Shown in pieces: positions 25,518 through 34,886 of a stretch of 64,000 nt of DNA. Below the pieces are notes generated by a model. The model searched no databases, was not told the DNA's origin, and worked only from the letters and a program-made list of their open reading frames with translations. Source of the DNA: Squalus acanthias. Lineage: Eukaryota. Location: assembly GCA_030390025.1 (NCBI GenBank), contig CM059431.1, forward strand, positions 116,252,001 to 116,316,000, in the 5' to 3' direction. How positions within the stretch are numbered: position 1 is the stretch's first letter; each line of letters starts with the position of its first letter. Made by a program: the position numbers and the translations under genes.

Positions 25518-27338
25518 ATGGCGACCATGAAGGGACACTGGCAGCGAGAGAGTAATGTTTTAGACCCTGGTGTGAATAGGCGAAATGTGATGGATGAGAG
25601 GGTAGCCGACTATGTGTTTGGGAAGGTTAACTTAACCAAAAGGTGGATAAGTGACCTACTGATGGATAAGTGTCCACTAGACGCAGCCATCAAATGGACA
25701 GGCAGTAAAGAGCATAAGAAGTCGGTGGAGAAAGCGGTCTGGCTGATGTGCTACAAGAAGCAAGTCCAACTTTCGGACCAGGTCATTGTGGCACAGGCAG
25801 CTCAGATCAGGGAATTGGAAGTTGAGATGGAGGAAAAGGTCACGGGAGGACAGAAACTCATTGCATCCTTGAATGCGTTACATCAGGAACGCCAGATAGT
25901 AGCCAACCACCATGAGGCAAAAATTGATTACCTAGAGTGTCAGGTCACGGAAGCAAAATTGAACGAGGGTAGGATTAGAGAACGGTGTGCCCGCCTAGCG
26001 AACCAGATAAAAGCCCAAGAAGAATGCTTGAAGGGAGTTAGGGTGGCATATAAGATGGCCCTCGAGGATAGGCATGAGGGAGCCGACCACAGTGTTTGCC
26101 AGAAGGAGATAGGGAACCTAAGAGAGGCCCTGAATAAGGCAAACGGCTTGGTGTGCCTCATCAGCCCGTCAGCAAACCAGCCACAGGTGGGTAGGGAATT
26201 CCAAAAATCCCTACCAGACAAAGCAGAGGAGGTATTTGCCACTGTGCCCTCCGCGCCACCCAGCTATTCGGCAACCTGGGTAAGGGAGGAAGTGGTGGAA
26301 ATAGAGAAGGAGGTTCCCGAGGTAGGACAATCCCCGGAGGTAGAGTCGAGCCCGGGACCGATGTGTCCGCTCCGAGGTCACAGAGAGGCCCGAATGCAGC
26401 CAATGGGGATGACGGGGATGTCCTGAACCAGCTTGTATTGCCCCACAGCTCACACCAGCTGAGAGCAATGATTAGCCATGTACGGAAGCTGTCCGAGTCA
26501 GACGACCCTTCGTAAACTTTAGGAGGTAGAACAGACCGCAGCAATTAATGGCTGCGACGATGCGGATAAGACCAAAATGTTGCTGTTCTCGTTAGATAGC
26601 TCGATCCATCAGTGTCTCTCAGACGAGAGCAAGAAGGGAAATAAAACCTATGGGGAGTTACGGGACGAGGTCCTAGAAGTGTTGGGGGCGGATGACGAAG
26701 GTCCGTTCGTCAGATTGTGTCAGACCGTACAGATGGAGGGAGAACCCCCGAAGGTTTTCGCCGACAGGCTGTGGCCAGTATACCAGCATAGCTGCCCAGG
26801 CACGCCAGGGCGCGATTATCTGGACGGTGCCGGTTTAACTCATTGGCTCAGGTGTTTAGTAGCCAACAGTTTGCCAGCCGTCAGGGAGCAGGCCAAAGCG
26901 TGGTTTGATCCCACTAACCCCGCCACAACAGAGGAGTCTGTCCTAAATCGACTCACCATAGGGTATCGGAACACTAGGAGCATGGGAGCGCGTCCCCTTA
27001 AGGGAAAGGTGCATGAGGCACGGCCCGCAGCCCCGGCTCAGAAAGAGTGGCATCAGGAGGGAAACCGCGCCCCACAAGCCAGTGGTGCTTGTTACGGGTG
27101 CGGGAAGACAGGTCACTGGCGTAAGAACTGTAGGAACCCCTGGAAGGACCCCAGGGATAAAAATCCCGCAGCCTGAACCCAAGCGCCTGTCTCTGAGAGA
27201 GGAGCTGGTGTGCCTATCCATCCCGATGCGATAGAATCAATGTTGGGAGCTATGCGGTCCCTTATGATTTCGCAAGGAAGGGTGGCAGTCGCTACCGGCC
27301 TCACAGATGCCGCAACCCCGTCCACCGGTACCCAATGA
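25518..27338 (+). pseudogene. gag: gag (coiled-coil N-terminus, late domains, capsid-like region, CCHC zinc knuckle), disrupted
   Basis: ORFs 25380-26426 and 26577-27176; PSAPPSY; CYGCGKTGHWRKNC. Frameshift(s) at ~26380-26520 and a premature TGA at 27174. The frame continues to TGA 27336. Confidence 0.85.
25519..25536 (+). promoter_or_regulatory. Primer binding site, tRNA-Arg-type
   Basis: TGGCGACCATGAAGGGAC, 5 nt after the LTR. Complementary (17/18, one G:U) to the 3' end ...GTCCCTTCGTGGTCGCCA recalled for vertebrate tRNA-Arg(UCG). Confidence 0.75.
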
Positions 27339-27342
27339 CTAG
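27336..27342 (+). promoter_or_regulatory. Candidate gag-pol stop-codon readthrough signal UGA-CUAG
   Basis: CAA TGA CTA GAG; the protease LLDTGAS (27438-27458) is in the same frame with no intervening ATG before codon +24. Confidence 0.65.
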
Positions 27343-30300
27343 AGCCCGTGCAGCCCGTCTATCTGTGTCCGCTCAGCTATGATGCGTGGAAAAGACCCCT
27401 GGTTGAGATGGAGGTAGAGAAGCAGAAGGGTAGTTATTTGTTGGACACGGGAGCTTCATGCACCGTGATTCATACGGATAGCCCCTTTGACTCACCACTG
27501 TCTACCAAGGTCCATACACATTAGCGGGGTTCACGGGAAAAGAGCAGGCTGGCGCGTTCTCCATTCCGCTTTCCATTCATTTAGGAGCACTCCACACCAC
27601 ATGGAAGTGTATACTGATGAAATGGCAGGAGGGGGGTGGCAGAGGTATCCTCGGATCGGATCTCCTATCGGAACACGGGATCCTCGTGGACCTTAGGAAT
27701 CACTGTCTCTGGGGAGCCAAGGGTGGAAAAGGCAAGGTAGTGGTAATCCCAGGGAAGGAAGGTAAAGGGGCTCTGTGTACCATGAAGCCATCCGGAGGTT
27801 ACGACCTCGGGCTTATGGTCGCGGATGTCCCAACGGACATGCAAACGTACGTGTCAGATAATATGCACGCATTTGCAACCCACAAGCACGATTGTGGTAG
27901 GGTTACCGGGTTTGAGGTCAGCGTAGACGGGGACCCCATGACCCGGCCCCAAAAGCAGTATAACTTCCTCAAAGAAGCAGAACCCGATATGGAGACAGCA
28001 ATGTCCTCATTGGTGCAGCAGGGCGTGTTGAGGCCGATAGCCACACACGTGAACTCCCCATTATGGCCGGTGAGGAAGCCGGATAATTCGTGGAGGGCCA
28101 CGATGGACTACAGAGTCCTTAACAGTAACATCCCCGCCTGCGCGCCCACAGTAGCAGCAGTTGCTGACCTAATAGGGAGTATCCCAGCGTCCGCGACCAC
28201 GTTCACGGTGCTGGATATCTCGAACGGTTTTTGGTCCATCCCGCTGCGGCGAGAGGACCAGTACAAGTTTGCCTTTACTTTCAAAGGTCAACAGTACACA
28301 TGGAACTGTTTGCCACAGGGTTTCCACAACAGCCCCAGTATTTTCCACCAGTGTATGGTAGGAAGTTTAAAGGAGTTTAGTCAGCCCAATCAGATAGTGC
28401 AGTACGTGGATGATTTGCTCCTGTTCACCGACTCAAGGGAGGAGCATGGACCACTGCTAGCCGAGTTATTGGAGCTGCTAGCGAGAAAGGGTTTTAAAGT
28501 GAACCCTAAGAAAGCACGTATCGGTCAGCAGGAAGTAAAATTCCTGGGTCTGACCATTCGCGCTGGGGAAAGAGCCAAAGATAAGGCTAGGAGGGAGTCG
28601 GTGCAGGAGTTACCGATTCCCAACACCATAACGGGTGTGAGGTCCTTTCTGGGACTGACCGGTTACTGTAGAGACTTCATCGAGGACTATGCGGCCACAG
28701 CAGCTCCGCTGCTCCGACTCCTCCATAAGGGAGTGGAGTGGTCTTGGGACGAGGGTTGCCAGGCAGCATTCGAGAAGTTAAAAAGGGATTTGCAGACCGC
28801 GCCAGCTTTAGGGGCCATAGATGGGGGGAAGGAGTTTTTCCTGGAGGTAGCTGCCAGCGGAGACAGCTTGAGCGCCGTGCTGCTCCAAGAGCGTCACGGC
28901 AAGCTGCGGCCGGTTGTCTATTCGACCAGGGTGTTAACGGATGTGGAGAGGAGTTTTTCCAACTGCGAAAGGCATCTCTTAGCCACGCATTGGGCTGTGA
29001 AAAGATCAGCGATCTTCACAGGGCTCTCTCCCATCACTCTCCTCACCCATCACACACCAACTAAGATGCTTCTAGATGGGAGGATTAAGGATGGGACTGT
29101 AAGCAGCGCTTGTATTGCATGCTGGACCCTTCTCCTTTCCCAGATGGATCTTAGAGTTAAAGGTCTTTGCGAGCCCAAGCTCGCGGCCAACTTGGTATAC
29201 CCCGGAACAGCCCACCGGTGTTCGGTGGAAGGGGTGTGGGAGGTCAACATAGGTTTGCGGGCCGGGATACATCCCACAGGTCGCGAGATTTATGTTGATG
29301 GTTCCAGCACAGTGTCCGCTGGCGAACGACTCACAGGGTGTGGAGTTTATGACACTGCGGCAGACCTTGCCCTGGCAATTAATCTCTCCAGCACCATGAG
29401 CGCGCAGCAGGCTGAGCTGTCTGCGGTGGCGTACGTCGTTACCCACCCAGAAATCTTCCCAACCCCATACACGATTTGTTCGGACAGTATGTTTACGTGC
29501 AATTCCTGTACGGAATACCTGGCCATTTGGTCCCGCCGTGGCTACACCTCCGCGGACGGGCGACCTTTAACGGTGAAGCCCTTGCTGGAAAGGATCCTAG
29601 CAGCAGTAGGGGAGGAAGGGGAGATTTTCATCCATAAGGTGAAAGCTCACTCCTCCACAGAACCCCGCGGGGAGGGCAACCAGCACTAGCCAGGGAGGGT
29701 GCCCGTAACGGCATTTTCTGGGACCCCTCTGGACCCGGACCCGTGGCAGCGATCCAAGGCAGGGAAGGGAATCCCAGGAACACCAGGGTAGCACTGCCTC
29801 TAGACCTTAAGACCGTCCAGAACCAGGATCCCGCCCTAAAAGCAGTTCTCAGAACGATTACTGAGGGCAAGCAGGTAGAGGGCCCGTACAGTACGGCAAC
29901 CCTCTCCGTTAAAGAAGGCATGCTGTTCCGCGAGGAACAGTGGGTTGTGCCGCAGCAGCACAGGAGGGAATTCCTCCAGTTGGCTCATGAGGGGCCGGGG
30001 GCAGGACACCCCGGGCCTGAGGTTACCTGGCAACGGGTAGAGCAGGCGGGATGGTGGCCGGGACTCAGGGAGCAGGTCCGCGAGTTCTGTGCTAGCTGTC
30101 TCGTGTGCGCAGCAAACAACCCAGACCCCCAGAAAAGGAAAGTGCACATGGGACACATCAGGAGGGTGGAGGGACCATGGCAGTCGATACAGATCGATTA
30201 CATAGGGCCCCTGCCCACCACCCAGGGAGGCTACAAATACTGCCTCGTCTTGGTGGATGTGTTTTCCAAATGGGTAGAAGCCTTCCCCTGTAGAACAGCT

Positions 30301-31818
30301 ACGGCGCTGGGTACAGCCAAGATCTTGGTTCGGGAAGTGTTCTCGCGGTGGGGACTCCCCCGTTTCGTGGAGTCAGACCAAGGGAGTCATTTCACCGGCC
30401 AGGTGATGCAGAACACCCTCATGCTTTTGGGCATTGAAGGGAAGTGGCACGTAGCGCACAATCCCCAGTCATCCGGGATTGTTGAACGCATGAACCGGAC
30501 CCTAAAGGAGAAGCTGAGGAAAGAGACTATGAACTCGCCCCAAAAATGGGCGGAGGTTCTGCCTCTAGTCCTCATGGGGATCCGGGCCAGTCAGTCGAAA
30601 AGTACGGGGTATTCCCCGTACGAGGTGATGACTGGGAGGATCATGCGAACCCCCACCAATGTACTAGCCCCGGTGCTCACTGAGGTTCAGCTCCAAGAGG
30701 TGAAACGGGACAAGTTTGTCCAGACCCTCTTGGAGCGCCTGAAGCAGGTTTACGAGCAGGCAGCTGGGAACATGGGAAGACAGCATCAGGGCAATCGCCT
30801 GTTGCTGGAACCCCACAAGAAACGGGAGTGGGAAGTCGGTGATCAGGTCATGGTTAGGAACTATGCCAGAGTAGGGAGTTTGGAACCACTGTATATGGGG
30901 CCCTACAGTATTGTAGATAAGGCGAGTCCCATGGTGTACGCCGTAAAGGTACCTCGGCGCACGAAATGGTTCCACATCAACCAGTGCAAGCTGTATAAAC
31001 CGGGTGCACAGGGGCCAATCACGGGGGCCAGACCTGCGAGTGGGGACTCGCAGCCCCGGGTAGGACCACAGGGCACACAGACCGTTAAAGCAGCCTGCTT
31101 GAGGGGAGAGGACATTCTAGAAAAGTGTAGGATCTTTTCTTGAGGTTGGGATTCAGATGAGGAAGAGCTCGAGGAGCTCGACCACGTTAGTGACCCGATC
31201 GGAGAGGTGCTGGGGTCGGAGGACGAAAGTTTCGTCCTCGACCCAAACTCAGGGGAGATAGGGGCTGCGAGTGGAGATCCACACATGGTGGAATCAGAAA
31301 GTGCAGATCCCGAGCCCAGGGGGGCGGGGCCAGGGGAGACGGAGCCAGCGGCTCTGGTAGGACCACAGGTCGTGACGGTGGAAGTCTCGGTACCCGGTCC
31401 GTCGGCCCTGGAAATCTTGCCCTTGGGGGAGGTAGGGATTGCGAGTGGAGGACCACATACTGGGCCAAGTAGGGTGGAACCAGAAGCTGCAAATCCCGAG
31501 TTCAGGGGGGCGGAGCCAGGGGAGACGGAGCCAGCGGCTGTGGTGGGACCACTGGCCGTGACGGTGGAAGTCTTGGTTCCTGGTCCATCGGCCCTGGAAA
31601 TCTTGCCCAAAGTAGCCCTCCGTAGGTCAAGTCGGACACCCCAGCCCAGGAAGTCGTGGTCAAGTCCCCCGTGCACCCCCAGGCGTAAGTTCAAGGTCAA
31701 GGCAGCCCAGGGAGATCCCAGTCCCAGCGCAGCGGCGACAGGCTGCGGCAGATCAAAGGAAGGGGTCAGTGCCCTCCCACCATTGGGAAAAGCTCGTGGC
31801 AGCCTTCGCAGAATTTAG
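27339..31818 (+). pseudogene. pol: pro-pol: aspartic protease, RT, degenerate RNase H (tether), RNase H, integrase, long C-terminal extension
   Basis: LLDTGAS and GILGSDLL; NSPLWPVRKP, LDISNGFW, LPQGFHNSP, YVDD; FLEVAAS..ERHLLA; IYVDGS, SAQQAEL, SDS, KVKAH; H..GHPG..C..C, IDYIGP, SDQGSHF, ERMNRTLKE. Frameshifts at ~27510 and ~29685, TGA at 31141. Confidence 0.93.
31255..31608 (+). repeat. Imperfect ~186-bp in-frame tandem duplication in the integrase C-terminal extension
   Basis: PGETEPAA.VGP..VTVEV.VPGPSALEILP occurs twice; GAAATCTTGCCC at 31411 and 31597. Confidence 0.85.
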
Positions 31819-32096
31819 GTAGGCCGCCCTGGGAACGGGCGGCGCTGTACAGTTTAAGTTTAGGATAAGTTTATAAGTTTAAGTTTATAGTTTTTATGTC
31901 AGGTTAAGTTTGTAGTTTAATTTTAACAGAAAATGGTAAAATGATGGGAGTTAGAGATAGGAATAGTTAAAGTCTATCCAGCATACATGTCTTTTTACGT
32001 GAGATGAGGTCAAGGGACCCACTCACCCTTCACAAAAGCCAGAGACTCTTGGGAGGCTGGCTACATCATTTTATCTGATCACAGGAACCAGGAAAG

Positions 32097-34446
32097 ATGG
32101 AAAGGATTCTGATAGTGCTCGCAACGATCGGATATGGATTGGCCTATCGGGGCCTCACCAAGGATGTCGTTGTGTTTGGTTGCTCCGGGGACACGGGTCC
32201 CATCGCGACAGATGGGACCGGGGAGCGAAAGGCTGAGGAAACCGCCACTTATTTCCACAAGGGAAGGTGGCCCGGATGGCTGGGAACGAATTCAACGGAA
32301 TACTCCAGCGCATCCGGATTTGCCTATAAAGAGATTTCTATACTTTGCCCAGAGTGAGGATCATTGCACCCAGAATCAGCGTCACCGTCGGCAAAAGGAT
32401 ATGTTTGACATGCAATGGGAAGGTCCCATTGAGCCGATGGTGGTAGTTACGGAAGTTAAGCAAGACTATGAGAAATTCCTCGGTTGAGTGGGAGCGATTG
32501 GGTAACAATACCCATCGGACAATTACGGGGACTAACGGACAATTGAAAGTCTGTTGGGACAAATGGTGGGAACCGGATGAGGGAATATATGTTTGTATGT
32601 GGGGGCCGAAGTACGTTTGCCCCAAGGGTATATCCATATTTTTCGTACACCAGTGGCAGGATAACGGGAAAGGGATGAGGTGGGATGTCAGCACAAAGGG
32701 GTGCGGAGCTCCATTCTCCCCGATCCTGGTAAACGCCACTGAACTCATCACGCGCCCACGCAAGGCTCCGCCCACGATTCCGGTGGTTTTGGCTCAGGAG
32801 GAAGGGTGTCGTAAAGCCACTAAGGGGCCCGGGAATGGTTTGGTACTGGTCCCAACAGACCAGATACTATTTCAAGGGGTACATTACGCGGTGGCTTCGG
32901 TGATTCTAAATCTCACCGAGGTGCAGTTACCAGAGTGGTGCCCCAAAGAGACGGAACAATTGTACCAGGTCCTGTTGACAAACATGTTCAGACAATTCTA
33001 CGAGTTTGATTTTGTGGAGATTGACAAAACAAGCTTGTACACCACACCACACGAAGTTTTGGGTCAGGTGGGGAGACAAAGAAGGGGTATTGTGAACGAT
33101 ATGTTCACTGCCTTTAATACAGGAACATCTGTCGTCAACGCTCTAGACAACGTGGAGCTGCAGACCCAGATCAATGGTTTAAAAACACAATTAAAAAGCA
33201 TCCTCACAAGCGAAAACAAGGTAGTAGGGTCTGAGTTACATGAGGACCAGGCCATGACGTTACACTTAAAAGAAATTATAGCAGAGCTGGAGAAGCATGC
33301 GAGAACGGTAAATGCCCTGATCAGGGAAGATCGGAACGCATCCGATCAAGCTGCGCAGAACGAGGTGTGCGTACTATACGGGGCGTGGTTACTGGGCGAG
33401 GGCCGCAGTAATTTGGAGGATTTAAAACAAGGTTTGGTCCCGTCCTGGATAAGTAACAAACACCTGCAGGCGCTCCACCCTTTTCAGAATGCATTAATCC
33501 GTGCCAGCTCAGGCTAGCCTCAGAGGCATACCCAGTCCCCGTGGACTGCAGACGGTCAAACCATACCATCATGGGTATAGTACTACGTATGCCGGTGTTG
33601 GGCGACACAGCAAAGCCCGCACCGGTGTATCGGGTGGAGAACATTGGTGTCATTCAGGGGGGAGCCCACATTCGCTACGCAGTGGTCCCACCTTACGTCA
33701 TCCACTGGGAGCAAACGATGACAGGTACCGACCTATCGGGTTGTCGTGGCCAGGGAGCACACATCATCCTGTGTCCCCAGCACTTGAATGCCTTTTTAAC
33801 ACCACAATGTGGGTTCAGAACGGCTGGCGCCAAGCCCATGAATTGCACCATGGAGGCAATGACACAAGATCATGTGCCTCCGCCGGTGGCATACATAGGG
33901 GGTGGAACATATTGCGTTACCACTGCAGCGCAACACTACCAGCATGGAAACCACAGCCGGTGTCCGGTGAGTGACAGCAGTTTCTGTTTTAAATCCAGGG
34001 CTGAAGTTCAAGTGGCACAACAGCGAATTGTCCCGATCCCTGAACCATCCACTGTTCATCTTACAATAAAAGAGAATTTCACAGACTTGCAGCGGTTCGT
34101 CGCGCATTTCGGATACATCATTCCCCCTCTCCCTGAACACCTCGCCAAGCTTTTGAAAGCCGTTGCGGTATCGCAAAAACATTTTTACACCCTGGAACAG
34201 AAAACAGTAGAAATAGGGACAGAAATTTTGGACATAGTGATCCCACCGTGGTGGGATCTGTTCACTAATATTGAAGTTCCGTCATGGATCAGGATAGCCT
34301 CCCACATTTTAGTTGTGTGCCAAGTCATAATAGTAGTGTACCTATTGGTCGTGCACTGCAAGAGAGGCAGACGCCTCACAAAGCAGGAGAACACAGGGGA
34401 GTGGAGAGAACGTTACGTGCGCGTGAACGAGGAAAGTTCCGCGTGA
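32097..34446 (+). pseudogene. env: env: signal peptide, Ig-like domain, class I fusion (F-like) glycoprotein with TM anchor; disrupted
   Basis: Hydrophobic N-terminus after a CAG|G acceptor at 32084; furin RQRR (33074-33085) followed by GIVNDMFTAFNTGTSVVNALD; heptad region; Cys-rich region; TM IASHILVVCQVIIVVYLLVV; basic tail. Frameshifts at ~32350 and ~33490, TAG at 32444. Confidence 0.88.
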
Positions 34447-34874
34447 AAGGCCAGGATGACGCCTGCTCCATTTTACCATGTGTGTCTTGTAATGGAGTGT
34501 TTTAGTTATGTAGATGTGTAACTAAGTTTGGAATTTTTGTACGTTAAAAAGAGTTGTTTTGAAGATTGGAACTTTTGTATTTTTAAAAGAGTTGTTTTGA
34601 TTATTTTTTCCTTGTATAATAAAACATGCACATACAGGTGGTGCGAGAGGCATCGGCCTGTTGCACTTGGAAGGCGTATACGCAGTGTAAGTTTAAAGGC
34701 AATACTGCCTACGGTTGGTCCAAGTTTTAAACAATGTAATTTCCCTGGGAAATGAGGACGGCATGGAGACCATAGATAGTTTTTAAGTTAAGGGAGTGTT
34801 TGGATGTGGAGAATCGGGATAATTTTTGCTCACCACCACTTTTAATTGATACGATAAGCGGAGTTATTCGCATC

Positions 34875-34886
34875 AACAGGAGGGAC
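34875..34886 (+). promoter_or_regulatory. Polypurine tract
   Basis: AACAGGAGGGAC immediately before the 3' LTR TGTAA. Confidence 0.7.

Noticed and set aside
30903..31700. 265-aa antisense ORF as an HBZ-like gene
   Set aside because: Explained by GC-rich, low-complexity duplicated sequence on the opposite strand; no motif support.
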